This document shows positions 1-9,303 of a DNA stretch of 64,000 bases, piece by piece. Source of the stretch: Alphaproteobacteria bacterium (GTDB lineage Bacteria; Pseudomonadota; Alphaproteobacteria; Rs-D84); contig JAGCVZ010000011.1 in assembly GCA_017962125.1 (NCBI GenBank), forward strand, positions 115,764 to 179,763. Reading direction: 5' to 3'. The notes beneath the pieces were generated by a model. It searched no databases, was not told where the DNA came from, and saw only the letters and a program-made list of their open reading frames with translations. The translations under genes and the position numbers were made by a program. The stretch's first letter is position 1. Every line of letters starts with the position of its first letter.

Positions 1-219
1 AACCATACTAACACGATACAGCCCGAACACAACCAAAGCCGCACCAATTATGAATGTCAGAACCGACAAGAACTCAATAGGCCGAACCAACATTAAAATG
101 CCGGCAACCACGAACAAAATCGCCTCGCCCACCAGCAGTGGTGCGGTATTACGATAAATCCGTTTAATAACTTCACCAATTTTTTCACGCCGGGTTCCCG
201 GGATAAAGCCGATTTGCAT
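1..219 (-). CDS. DUF308/HdeD-like small membrane protein, 5'-partial (continues past window start)
   Basis: Reverse-strand ORF starting at ATG 217-219 with upstream GTGAGGT Shine-Dalgarno; translation MQIGFIPGTRREKIGEVIKRIYRNTAPLLVGEAILFVVAGILMLVRP... is open to position 1; hydrophobic helices typical of HdeD/DUF308. Not in the ORF track because it runs off the edge. Confidence 0.4.
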   Translation of the reverse strand, partial: MQIGFIPGTRREKIGEVIKRIYRNTAPLLVGEAILFVVAGILMLVRPIEFLSVLTFIIGAALVVFGLYRVSMV

Positions 220-278
220 ATTTACCTCACTTTAAACAACACAGGATATTTTATCATATTTCACGACCTCAATGCAAC

Positions 279-1019
279 ATGAATAAATACACAAAAACTT
301 TGTTGCAAGGTGGCGCGCGCCATACTATATTAAAAGGCATGAAATATACAGATGCACATTGTCATATTTTTTCCGCGCCGATAGATGATGCGATTATCGG
401 GCAAATCTGTAACGCCACAAACACGGCTGATTGGGAAGAACTGACCCCAATTGCGGACGACCGCACACACATCTGTATCGGTATTCACCCATGGCATATT
501 GATTCCGTACCTGATGATTGGGTGAACCGTATGCACAAAATTCTGTTGTCGAATCCGCAGATTATGATTGGGGAAATCGGAATTGATAAATATCACCCGA
601 ATATGGAACGCCAGGTTGAAGTTTTTGCACGACAAATCGAAATTGCTATTGAATTTGACCGCCCGATACACCTGCACTGCGTTGGCGCATGGGACAAAGT
701 TTTGCATATATTCAAATCGCGCCGGCCCCATACCCCGATTGTCGCGCACGCGTTCAGCGGAAATGCGGAAATTATGACTGGGCTTGCCGAATACGACACA
801 TATTTTTCATACAAAATTCAAGATAATCGTATAAATAACACGACAACAATCGCACCATTTGACAAAATCTTGGTTGAAAGCGATTGTAATAATGCATCAC
901 ACCAACTAGAAATTTTGGCAACCACCACGCACGAAATTGCAAAACTGCGGGGGTGCGACACACGCGAATTGAACGAACAAATTAACAAAAATTTTAACGG
1001 AGTTATAAATTATGCCTGA
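279..1019 (+). CDS. TatD-family metal-dependent hydrolase/DNase
   Basis: DAHCH (HxH), GEIGID, HLHC and ESD motifs of the TatD/YcfH family; alternative start at 339 (MKYTDAHCH). Confidence 0.8.
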   Translation: MNKYTKTLLQGGARHTILKGMKYTDAHCHIFSAPIDDAIIGQICNATNTADWEELTPIADDRTHICIGIHPWHIDSVPDDWVNRMHKILLSNPQIMIGEIGIDKYHPNMERQVEVFARQIEIAIEFDRPIHLHCVGAWDKVLHIFKSRRPHTPIVAHAFSGNAEIMTGLAEYDTYFSYKIQDNRINNTTTIAPFDKILVESDCNNASHQLEILATTTHEIAKLRGCDTRELNEQINKNFNGVINYA

Positions 1020-1698
1020 CAGATTACATCGATGCCGCCTTTTGATGGGCGAAGAAAATTTGGCAAAATTACAACGCGCAACTGTCATGGTCGTCGGTTG
1101 TGGCGCAGTCGGTTCGTTTGCCATCGATGCCCTTGCCCGGTCGGGTGTCGGTCACATAATTTTGGTAGATTTCGATAGGATTGAAGAATCAAATATCAAC
1201 CGCCAAATGTTTGCAACACAAAACACATTAGGGCATAAGAAAACAAAGATAGCACATGAACACATTGCCGCAATATCGCCAGACATAAACGTCACTGAAC
1301 TGGACATTTTTTTCGATAAAAACACTATTCTTACTGTCCAGCCAGACTTTGTAATCGATGCCATAGACACAATCGGATCCAAGGTGGCACTTTATGAATG
1401 GTGCAATCAAAACAATATCCCGTTCATATCATCAATGGGCGCAGCGCGCAAAACTGACCCGACCCAGGTTAAAATCACAAAATTATCGAAAACAGTCGCC
1501 TGCCCACTTGCACGACAAATTCGAAAAAAGGTTCGCGAACGAGGCTTGGGCGATTTCCCAGTGGTATTTTCCACCGAACACCCTGCACCACAAAAAACAC
1601 CCGACAAAAACATGGGGTCCATTGTAACTGTCACCGGAACATTCGGTCTTGTTATCGCAAACTATGCAATAAAATATGTTATAAATTCAAATAGTTAA
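1012..1698 (+). CDS. tcdA: tRNA threonylcarbamoyladenosine dehydratase (ThiF/MoeB-like E1 fold)
   Basis: GCGAVGS Rossmann motif and the ThiF-family pattern LVDFDRIEESNINRQ; 8-nt overlap with the upstream gene. Confidence 0.75.
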   Translation: MPDRLHRCRLLMGEENLAKLQRATVMVVGCGAVGSFAIDALARSGVGHIILVDFDRIEESNINRQMFATQNTLGHKKTKIAHEHIAAISPDINVTELDIFFDKNTILTVQPDFVIDAIDTIGSKVALYEWCNQNNIPFISSMGAARKTDPTQVKITKLSKTVACPLARQIRKKVRERGLGDFPVVFSTEHPAPQKTPDKNMGSIVTVTGTFGLVIANYAIKYVINSNS

Positions 1699-2181
1699 AA
1701 CAAACAATTAAGAAAAATTATTATCATTCAACTCCACCGATGCATTTCGTTATTGTGGCCCGCCCAGTGGTGCTGCAAATCTGGATGAACATTTGTACAT
1801 AACCAATGGAACAATAGATATTAAAAAAGTTATAAAACTAGTCATAAACAGTATTGTCCAAAAGTAATACTATCCATAGAATTATCTGAGGACCCAAGAA
1901 CAATCCGATTGAATTGTTAAAAAAACTTGTAAAATAGTCCGAGAATGGGCTAAAAAATAGCACATCCAAAAAAGTGAAGTTTCAAATTCGACAGAAGTAT
2001 TAAAAGCTAAACAAAAAAACCACCCTTAATGGCGGTTTTGAATTTCGTGGTCGGGCAGACACCTCCTAAATCAGGAAAATGATACCTCATTTTTAATAGA
2101 TATCATTTTAATTTGATATTTTTATCAAGTTATGCTACAAATAAAACGAAATGATAAGGTTAAAATTTAAGGAAAAATCAA

Positions 2182-2637
2182 ATGATACAAATAAGAAAAG
2201 CAACATTGAATGATACTAAAACTATCCAAAAATTGAATCATGAATTGTTTAAATTAGAAAAAGAGTGCTTTGATCCAACTTTAATTACTGATTGGCCTTT
2301 GTCGAAGGAGGGAGAAAAGTATTTTGAGGATTTAATAAAGAATTCTTATGTGATTATAGCTCTAAAAGATGAAGTTCCTGTTGCTTATTTGGCTGGTTCT
2401 ATCAGTGAAAAATGCCCTTATTCTTTACTACAATATGGCGAAATAAATAATATGTTTGTTAATAGTAGTTCCAGAGAACAAGGAATTGGAAAAGCCTTGG
2501 TGGATAATTTCAAAAAATATTGTGCGGAAAGAAATATTCAAAATTTAAAAGTTGTAGCCAGTGCAAAAAATAAAAATGCTCAACAATTTTATAAAAAACA
2601 AGGTTTTAGTGAATTTGACATTACATTAACTATATGA
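2182..2637 (+). CDS. GNAT family N-acetyltransferase
   Basis: Q/RxxGxG/A acetyl-CoA motif (REQGIGKALV) and a C-terminal QFYKKQGF motif; AAGGAAAAATCAAATG ribosome-binding site; GC content far below its neighbours. Confidence 0.75.
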   Translation: MIQIRKATLNDTKTIQKLNHELFKLEKECFDPTLITDWPLSKEGEKYFEDLIKNSYVIIALKDEVPVAYLAGSISEKCPYSLLQYGEINNMFVNSSSREQGIGKALVDNFKKYCAERNIQNLKVVASAKNKNAQQFYKKQGFSEFDITLTI

Positions 2638-2641
2638 AAAG

Positions 2642-2667
2642 TAAAAAAGCCTTGAAAAAATCAAGGC
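2642..2667 (-). terminator. Rho-independent terminator hairpin (gccttga-N6-tcaaggc) downstream of tRNA-Pro
   Basis: Perfect 7-bp stem followed by a T-run on the minus strand; it also sits just after the GNAT stop on the plus strand. Confidence 0.6.
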
Positions 2668-2674
2668 GTTAAAT

Positions 2675-2751
2675 TGGTCGGGGCGACAGGATTTGAACCT
2701 ACGACATCTTGCTCCCAAAGCAAGCACTCTACCAGACTGAGCTACGCCCCG
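2675..2751 (-). tRNA. tRNA-Pro (anticodon TGG)
   Basis: Reverse complement reads CGGGGCGtagctcagtctggtagagtgcttgcTTTGGGAgcaagatgtcgtaggttcaaatcctgtCGCCCCGacca: 7-bp acceptor stem, D-loop AGCTCAGTCTGGTAGAG, anticodon loop with TGG, T-loop GGTTCAAATCC, 3' ACCA. Confidence 0.85.
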
Positions 2752-2861
2752 ATTGCTAATAGATTATATATTATTTTTTATCTAACGCAAGTTTTATTTC
2801 ATTAAAAAAAACATTGACAAAGTAACCACATTTGTCATAATCACTACCAAGAAGTTGTCAC

Positions 2862-3305
2862 ATGAAAAAAAATACCACCCACAATCAGGAAAATGTAAAT
2901 AATAAATTTCCGCGCGTTGGTATCGGTTGTTGGGTTTTTAATCCAAAAACAGGGATGGTGTTGCTCGGGCTACGGCTTTCCCCACATGGGTATGGCACAT
3001 GGGCGGCGCCGGGCGGTAAACTTGAATTTAACGAAGAACCCGCAGATTGTGCCGCGCGTGAACTGCGCGAAGAAACCGGCATAATAATTCCATCTGAAAA
3101 ATTCCAATTTGTTTGCGTTACAAATGACATTTATCCAGACGCGCACTATATCACCCTGCACTATCGTACGGACAGTGTTAAGGCGACACCGAAACTAATG
3201 GAACCCGCCAAATGTGCCGAATGGCGATGGTTTTCACTTGATAATTTGCCAAGTCCATTATTGCTGTCGGCGCAAAAATTCCTTACCGCACACCCCCGAA
3301 TATAA
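2862..3305 (+). CDS. Nudix hydrolase (MutT family)
   Basis: Nudix box GGKLEFNEEPADCAARELREETGI. Confidence 0.75.
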   Translation: MKKNTTHNQENVNNKFPRVGIGCWVFNPKTGMVLLGLRLSPHGYGTWAAPGGKLEFNEEPADCAARELREETGIIIPSEKFQFVCVTNDIYPDAHYITLHYRTDSVKATPKLMEPAKCAEWRWFSLDNLPSPLLLSAQKFLTAHPRI

Positions 3306-3371
3306 TCCTTTTGCATTTCGGTGCGGGCGCACTATATAATTCACATAGAAACAAAAAGAAAGGAGAACCTT

Positions 3372-3854
3372 ATGAAGAAAAAACCACTTGTTGCATATTT
3401 TAGTGCGACTGAAACGACACGCGGCCTGGCCGAGGACTTGGCGGCGGCGATTGATGCAGATTTGTTTGAAATAGTGCCGACGGAAAAATATACCGCAGAT
3501 GACTTGGATTGGACTAATAAATTAAGTCGCACAACGACAGAAATGAACAACCGCGCATGCCGCCCAAAAATCGCCAAGGAAATCCCAGACCTTTCAAAAT
3601 ATGAAACAATTTTTGTTGGGTTTCCGGTCTGGTGGTATCGCGAACCGTCAATCATCGACACATTTATGGAATCCTATGATTTCGCGGGCAAGACAATCGT
3701 TCCGTTCGCCACATCCGGGGGCAGTCCGATTGGCGACGCCGGCAAAAATATGCAGAAACTTGCGCCCGACGCACGCGTTGAACGCGGCGCCCGCCTTGAC
3801 ACCGGTCTTTCACCGGATGCCCTGCGCGAATGGGCAAAAAAGTGGATAGTGTAA
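3372..3854 (+). CDS. Flavodoxin
   Basis: Start MKKKPLVAYFSATETTRGLAEDLA preceded by AAAGGAGAACC ribosome-binding site; flavodoxin FMN-binding signatures (TxT, GFPVWW, ATSGGS). Track start 3321 lacks a ribosome-binding site. Confidence 0.7.
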   Translation: MKKKPLVAYFSATETTRGLAEDLAAAIDADLFEIVPTEKYTADDLDWTNKLSRTTTEMNNRACRPKIAKEIPDLSKYETIFVGFPVWWYREPSIIDTFMESYDFAGKTIVPFATSGGSPIGDAGKNMQKLAPDARVERGARLDTGLSPDALREWAKKWIV

Positions 3855-3877
3855 GTGGGTAGTGATTAGTGTAAGTA

Positions 3878-3906
3878 AAATGGCGCGGTATACCGCGCCG
3901 TTTTAA
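3878..3906 (+). terminator. Intrinsic terminator (ggcgcgg-tata-ccgcgcc + T-run) after flavodoxin
   Basis: GC-rich 7-bp stem then GTTTT; preceded by TAGTG/TAAGTG hexamer repeats. Confidence 0.6.
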
Positions 3907-3992
3907 GTATGAATACATTTTTTCAAATTGCTTGACATATTACTTTTTTCGTATTACACTAAAACTATCCGAATGAAATAAAAAGGTAAAAG

Positions 3993-4376
3993 ATGAAAAA
4001 ACAAAATAAACTTTATGCGCTGATATTGATGCTATTACTCACCGGATGTAAAAACAAACAAAATGGGACAACAGATTACAACTGTGAACTGTCTTACCCA
4101 AAAGGTGTGGACACCGTCTATGTTATACGAACACTGGATCAGGGCGGAGCCTCCTATAATGCTCCAAGAAAATATGTGGCGGCCACAAATGCATACGGAA
4201 ACGATTATTACATGAAATTTTATTTAAATAATAAAGGAAACAATGCAGCCCGCGAACGTGACCACATTCTTTCCTTTATATCCCCTGGGGATACACTTGT
4301 TATGGATGGTAATCAGCTTATAAAAAATCTGACGTTTGAACATGCGAAAGCTAGATACTGCACGAAAAGCAAATAA
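3993..4376 (+). CDS. Hypothetical lipoprotein
   Basis: Signal peptide with LLTGC lipobox; AAAAGG ribosome-binding site. Confidence 0.5.
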   Translation: MKKQNKLYALILMLLLTGCKNKQNGTTDYNCELSYPKGVDTVYVIRTLDQGGASYNAPRKYVAATNAYGNDYYMKFYLNNKGNNAARERDHILSFISPGDTLVMDGNQLIKNLTFEHAKARYCTKSK

Positions 4377-4397
4377 ATAAAAAAATATAATCAATCA

Positions 4398-4417
4398 ACG
4401 GGCGCATTTGCGCCCGC
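4398..4417. terminator. GC-rich hairpin (gggcgc-attt-gcgccc) between convergent genes
   Basis: Perfect palindrome; flanking T/A tracts are imperfect; same GGGCGC..GCGCCC family as the hairpins at 42039 and 46648. Confidence 0.4.
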
Positions 4418-4434
4418 ACTTACACTAACACTAA

Positions 4435-5652
4435 CTACTCATACCTCAAACTATCAATCGGATTTAGTTTTGCGGCTTTTATCGCAGGCATAACACCAGA
4501 TACCAATCCGACAAACACCGCGACAGAAATTGAAACGACAACCGGCCAAATACTGAACGGCACGTTATAGCCCAATACAAACCGCCCTATTCCCTGCGAC
4601 AAACCAACCCCCAGTATCAAGCCAAACATAGACCCAATAAATGAAATCATTATTGATTCTGACAAAAATTGCGTAATGATTGTTCCCTCTTGTGCGCCAA
4701 TCGCCTTGCGAATACCAATTTCACGCGTACGTTCCGCAACCGACACCAGCATCATATTCATAATTCCAATCGATCCGACCAACAACGATACCGCCGCAAT
4801 CGCAACCAGCAACAGAGTCAAATAACTGCTGACCGTTTCCATAGTTTCCATAACTTGCTTCATATCGGTTATTTGAAAATCGTCCGCCGCACCATCCTTC
4901 AATTTATGCCGATTGCGCAAGACCGATGTTATCTGATCGGTCGCGATATTATTGTCGGAATCTTGATAGAGTTTAAGTGAAATCATCTGCACCGAATTTG
5001 GGAATCGTGAACCCGCAAGACGTTTCTTTAATGTTGTAATCGGAATTATTACCATATCGTCTTGGGAACTCATGCCAGAACTTCCTTTGGCCTTGGTAAC
5101 ACCAATCACCGTCATTGGGGTATTCCGCACGCGAATAATTTCACCCACCGGATTTTTAGGCATGCCCAATTCTTCAGCCGTTTCCGGTCCAATCACTGCA
5201 TACGTAGATGCCCCTCGCACAGCCGACATTTCAAAAAACACACCATATTCCATTTCTATATTCTGCACCGTTGCATATCCAGGATATACACCGACCATAG
5301 ATGTTGACCAATTTTTATTTCCATAGACAACCTGGGCACTGCTGTTTTCAACTGGACTAATTGCTGCTACATCGGGCAATTGCGCAATAAAATCAACATC
5401 ATCCAGTGTCAATGTCATACGATTACCAGAACGTACCCCTGCACTTTGCGCCGCACCTGCACGAATCATAATCGTATTTGTACCAAGCGAAGAAAACTGA
5501 TCAGTAATCGATTGTTGCACTGTTTCACCAACAGCAACCATTATCACAACCGCCATAATTCCAATTACTATCCCAAGTACCGTCAAAAAAGACCGCATTT
5601 TATTTCCGGAAATCGACAACCAAGATTCATGTGCAATATCATAAAACGTCAT
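4435..5652 (-). CDS. ABC transporter permease, MacB/FtsX-type
   Basis: N-terminal transmembrane helix, large periplasmic domain, C-terminal FtsX-like 3-helix bundle (GIRKAIGAQEGTI...); 4-nt overlap with the upstream ATPase gene. Confidence 0.85.
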   Translation of the reverse strand: MTFYDIAHESWLSISGNKMRSFLTVLGIVIGIMAVVIMVAVGETVQQSITDQFSSLGTNTIMIRAGAAQSAGVRSGNRMTLTLDDVDFIAQLPDVAAISPVENSSAQVVYGNKNWSTSMVGVYPGYATVQNIEMEYGVFFEMSAVRGASTYAVIGPETAEELGMPKNPVGEIIRVRNTPMTVIGVTKAKGSSGMSSQDDMVIIPITTLKKRLAGSRFPNSVQMISLKLYQDSDNNIATDQITSVLRNRHKLKDGAADDFQITDMKQVMETMETVSSYLTLLLVAIAAVSLLVGSIGIMNMMLVSVAERTREIGIRKAIGAQEGTIITQFLSESIMISFIGSMFGLILGVGLSQGIGRFVLGYNVPFSIWPVVVSISVAVFVGLVSGVMPAIKAAKLNPIDSLRYE

Positions 5653-6395
5653 TTTTTGCGCGCCTTTTGTTCGGATTTAAGCAAGACTGATTCATTTTTT
5701 GGAATTGGTCCATCGTATGTTATATGCCCATCATAGATATGAATCACACGGCTTGCATAACTTGCTATTTCAAATTCATGTGTAATCATTACAATTGTGA
5801 TTCCTAAATCATTATTCAACTTTTTAAAAAATCGCAAAATTTCATTTCCCATTTTGGAATCAAGCGCACCCGTCGGCTCATCCGCAAGTATAATCTTTGG
5901 ATCACCAGCCAGTGCGCGCGCAATCGCAACCCGTTGCTTCATACCGCCTGAAAGTTGTGTAGGTAAATATGTTTCAAATTTTTCTAAATCAACCAATTTT
6001 AACATTTCACGTGCGCGACTAATTCTTTCCGACATAGGTAAACCGCGATACATAAGGGGCAACATCACATTGTCCAAGATATTACGTTTTGGCAACAAAT
6101 TAAAATTTTGAAACACAAACCCAATGTATTCATTACGAACTTTCGCCAATTCATCGGATAAAAGCGTTGTAATATCCTTTCCATAAAGTTCATAAATACC
6201 CGAAGTCGGCGTATCCAAAGCACCAATTATATTCATACAGGTTGATTTACCCGACCCCGAAGGTCCCATAATCGCAACAAATTCACCCGGCATAATATCA
6301 AAGGTGTTGTCAAACAGAACTTGCTGCTCACCCCCGATTTCAAGCGGAAAACTTTTACAAATTTTTTTTAATGAAATAACCGGTGTCTTTTTCAT
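5649..6395 (-). CDS. ABC transporter ATP-binding protein (MacB/LolD-type nucleotide-binding domain)
   Basis: Walker A GPSGSGKST, signature LSGGMKQR, Walker B ILADEPTGALD, H-loop ITHE. Confidence 0.9.
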   Translation of the reverse strand: MKKTPVISLKKICKSFPLEIGGEQQVLFDNTFDIMPGEFVAIMGPSGSGKSTCMNIIGALDTPTSGIYELYGKDITTLLSDELAKVRNEYIGFVFQNFNLLPKRNILDNVMLPLMYRGLPMSERISRAREMLKLVDLEKFETYLPTQLSGGMKQRVAIARALAGDPKIILADEPTGALDSKMGNEILRFFKKLNNDLGITIVMITHEFEIASYASRVIHIYDGHITYDGPIPKNESVLLKSEQKARKK

Positions 6396-6406
6396 ACGAA
6401 CAACCC

Positions 6407-7603
6407 TTATCTTGGCCCACCGCCAGGTACACCACCTGGTCCCCCCATCATTCCACCACCCCGATTATTATTCCGACTGGTGTTTGATTTTTTCTGTTGC
6501 CCCATATATCCAATAATAACTTTGTCGCCTTCTTGAATTTCATCAGAGATTACTTGCGTTTCAGTTGCCGTTATCAAACCTTTGGTATATGGCACAAGAA
6601 CAACACGAGAACCACGTTTAATTGCTAAATGATTTGCCGGTGTAACATTATCATCAGCCGTTTCAACTATACCATCAAAACTGCGCAACAACAGTGCAGA
6701 ATTTTGAACCTTCCACGTATCATGCGCCGCATTTACAATAATCGTCACAAACGCCGTCATACCCGGCATAAGGCGCAAATCCGAATTATCCACATCAATT
6801 ACCACAGTATAAACCACAACGTTTGATGTGGTTGTTGGCGAAAGACGAACTTGACGCACAAAACCCTCAAAAGTCTGTCCGGAATACGCATCAACAGTAA
6901 AAGTTACTTTTTGCCCCTGCTTTATCACCCCGATATCAGCTTCGGACACAGAAGTTTCAATCTGCATTTTTGTTAAATCTTCGGCAATTTCAAATAAATC
7001 CGGCGTTTGGAAAGATGCCGCAACTGTTTGACCTTTATCAACCTTGCGCGAAATAACCGTTCCATCAACAGGCGAAACAATAGTCGCGTACCCAAGGTTT
7101 GTGACCGCTCTATCATACTGCGACTGCATTCGCTTTACAGATTGCAACGCCTGTTCATATGTTGCCTGAGATTGTTCCATTTCTGCGCGTGCAATATAAC
7201 CAGAATCAAACAAAGATTTATCGCGTTCATAATTACTTTTTGCTAAATTTAACTGTGATTTAGCGGATTCAAGCGATGCTTCGGCTTCGTCCACAGATGC
7301 CTTTAACACAGACGGTTCAATTTCTAAAAGTCTATCCCCTTTTTTCACAGTAGAATTATAATCTACAAAAATATCTGAAATTGTCCCGGACACCTGCGAC
7401 CCTACATTTACAGTATTTACAGGTTGAATTTCACCAGTTGCGGTTACTGTTTGAGACAAATTTCCACGCATAATATCCACCGTTACGAAGTCTTTCTTTG
7501 CAACCTTGGACGCCGTCCCAACAAAGGCGTAAATCATAACAATTACAGCGGCCCCAGCAATACACCACCATTTGTGCCGAATAAACCATCTTTTTTTATT
7601 CAT
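6407..7603 (-). CDS. Periplasmic adaptor subunit (HlyD/MacA family) with Gly-rich C-terminal tail
   Basis: N-terminal transmembrane anchor, coiled-coil hairpin, beta-barrel region; C-terminus GGGMMGGPGGVPGGGPR. Confidence 0.8.
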   Translation of the reverse strand: MNKKRWFIRHKWWCIAGAAVIVMIYAFVGTASKVAKKDFVTVDIMRGNLSQTVTATGEIQPVNTVNVGSQVSGTISDIFVDYNSTVKKGDRLLEIEPSVLKASVDEAEASLESAKSQLNLAKSNYERDKSLFDSGYIARAEMEQSQATYEQALQSVKRMQSQYDRAVTNLGYATIVSPVDGTVISRKVDKGQTVAASFQTPDLFEIAEDLTKMQIETSVSEADIGVIKQGQKVTFTVDAYSGQTFEGFVRQVRLSPTTTSNVVVYTVVIDVDNSDLRLMPGMTAFVTIIVNAAHDTWKVQNSALLLRSFDGIVETADDNVTPANHLAIKRGSRVVLVPYTKGLITATETQVISDEIQEGDKVIIGYMGQQKKSNTSRNNNRGGGMMGGPGGVPGGGPR

Positions 7604-8924
7604 CTTTTGCCCCTTCTAATTCAGATTTTAAATCCCCGATAGCCAAAGCCACTGCCGCCCGTTTGATAAACAAATCGTACTTTGCCGCATTGTTTTGCTT
7701 TTGCGCGGACACCAGTTCAGATTGCGCAGTCTGCCAATCAAGCATTGTTGCCCTTCCAACCTTGTACATACCACTTGTCACTCTTTCTGTTTCGGTTGCA
7801 GACTTTAACAATGCCTTGGTCTGTTCCAAAACTTTTTGCGCAGTCTTATAATTATTATATGCGGTAAAAACATCCAATTCTGCGGCATTTGTTGTTTGCT
7901 GTTCATTATATTTTGCGCGCGTATAATCCGCTTCGGCCGCACGCAGGCCATACATATTCGCAAAGCCCGCAAATATCGGCATAGATGCCCGAATACCCAC
8001 AGAACCATTTATCCTGTTCGACGTGGGGCTAAAAGTTCCCGACAAAGTATCATCATTCCAAGATATCGACCCCGAAGCCGAAATAGACGGTAAATTTTTC
8101 AAAAACGCGCTATTGCGCCGATGCCAAGCAGCATCCTTGTTCGCCGCGGCCTTTAACAAATCAGGACGTTTTTCACGCGCAATCTTTAACAATTCATCAA
8201 TGTTTTCATTTTCCGCTTCGGTTCCGAACGTTGACGACATATCCGCAATTTTTATATCACCATCCGCCGGAAAAGAAAGTTTAGTAAGTAAAGTTCCCTT
8301 GGTAATTTCACGATTATTCTTTGATCGTTCAAGGGCTAATTTTGCACCCGCCAAAGTCGTTTCCGCCTTTAACACATCCGCGCGCGCCACAGCCCCAGCC
8401 TTAAACTTTTTACTTGCCGTATCATAAGCCGTCTGTGCCACTGTCAACGCAGATTTGGAAGATTCCACATCCGCGTCCGCATTTAATAACTCATAATATG
8501 ACCCAACAAGCCCGTAAACAAAATTTTGAACAGTTTCACTGAAATCAAACCCTGCGGCACGGTAGGCAGCAATCATTTGATTCATATCAGCTGTTCTTTT
8601 ACCAAAATCAAAAATCAAATAAGATGCGGAAATTGATGCACCATACCCCCAATCATCCCATTCGTGTTCATGATAATTCTTACTGGCATTAAGTCCAACC
8701 GAAACGCTTGGCAAATAACTTGCATAACCGGCATTTTTACTAAAATGACTTGACCGCAGCGATGCATACGCCGCCGCAGTTTGCGGATTTCGACAAAGTC
8801 CCAACTTAATCACGTCTTGCAAAGATTGTACACCATCCGGCACATCCCTGCGTGTGGCACAATCATCGTCCGCCATAGCAACAAATGGGAAACAAAGCAC
8901 AAGAGTGAGAAAAAAACGCTTCAT
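7596..8924 (-). CDS. TolC-family outer membrane efflux protein
   Basis: Signal peptide, two tandem TolC repeats with coiled coils; 8-nt overlap with the adaptor gene; first gene of a four-gene efflux operon. Confidence 0.8.
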   Translation of the reverse strand: MKRFFLTLVLCFPFVAMADDDCATRRDVPDGVQSLQDVIKLGLCRNPQTAAAYASLRSSHFSKNAGYASYLPSVSVGLNASKNYHEHEWDDWGYGASISASYLIFDFGKRTADMNQMIAAYRAAGFDFSETVQNFVYGLVGSYYELLNADADVESSKSALTVAQTAYDTASKKFKAGAVARADVLKAETTLAGAKLALERSKNNREITKGTLLTKLSFPADGDIKIADMSSTFGTEAENENIDELLKIAREKRPDLLKAAANKDAAWHRRNSAFLKNLPSISASGSISWNDDTLSGTFSPTSNRINGSVGIRASMPIFAGFANMYGLRAAEADYTRAKYNEQQTTNAAELDVFTAYNNYKTAQKVLEQTKALLKSATETERVTSGMYKVGRATMLDWQTAQSELVSAQKQNNAAKYDLFIKRAAVALAIGDLKSELEGAKDE

Positions 8925-9001
8925 ACAAACTCTCCTACCCGGGCATTATACCGAAAAAAATCCTAAAAAACAATTCTTTTTTATCAAAAAAACAAAACAA
9001 T

Positions 9002-9030
9002 TTGACAGTTTATATTTTTTGTATTATAGT
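9002..9030 (+). promoter_or_regulatory. Consensus sigma70-type promoter (TTGACA-17-TATAGT) of the small-membrane-protein array
   Basis: Exact TTGACA at 9002-9007, 17-nt spacer, TATAGT at 9025-9030; duplicated at 9492-9520. Confidence 0.55.
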
Positions 9031-9054
9031 TAGTACTAACTAAAAGGGTAAAAC

Positions 9055-9303
9055 ATGAAACGTGAAAAGATGCAAAAACTTGGCTGGGCGCTTGTTGCCT
9101 TTGGGGCGATAGCTGTTTGCATTAGTATTTTGCCAGACGGCAATCGTTTAGATGAAAGCATATCAGGCCCCAAACCACCTGTGTTTTCAAAGGAAGAATT
9201 CAAATCCAGGGGGGCAACTAACACTATAACATTTGGTGGGGCAATGGCAATGACCGCCGGCCTGTGGTTTCTTGTCCGCGCCACAAAAAAGCGCTCAAGA
9301 TAA
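9055..9303 (+). CDS. Small two-helix membrane protein, paralog 1 of 4
   Basis: 82 aa; basic N-terminus, two hydrophobic helices, basic C-tail; AAAAGGGTAAAACATG ribosome-binding site; three tandem paralogs follow. Confidence 0.55.
   Translation: MKREKMQKLGWALVAFGAIAVCISILPDGNRLDESISGPKPPVFSKEEFKSRGATNTITFGGAMAMTAGLWFLVRATKKRSR

Noticed and set aside
330-1124. Several 60-140-aa ORFs antisense to or overlapping the TatD-family gene (330..749-, 568..777+, 593..814-, 772..963-, 906..1124-)
   Set aside because: They lie inside or antisense to a well-supported conserved gene, and have no ribosome-binding sites or recognisable domains; they are frame shadows.
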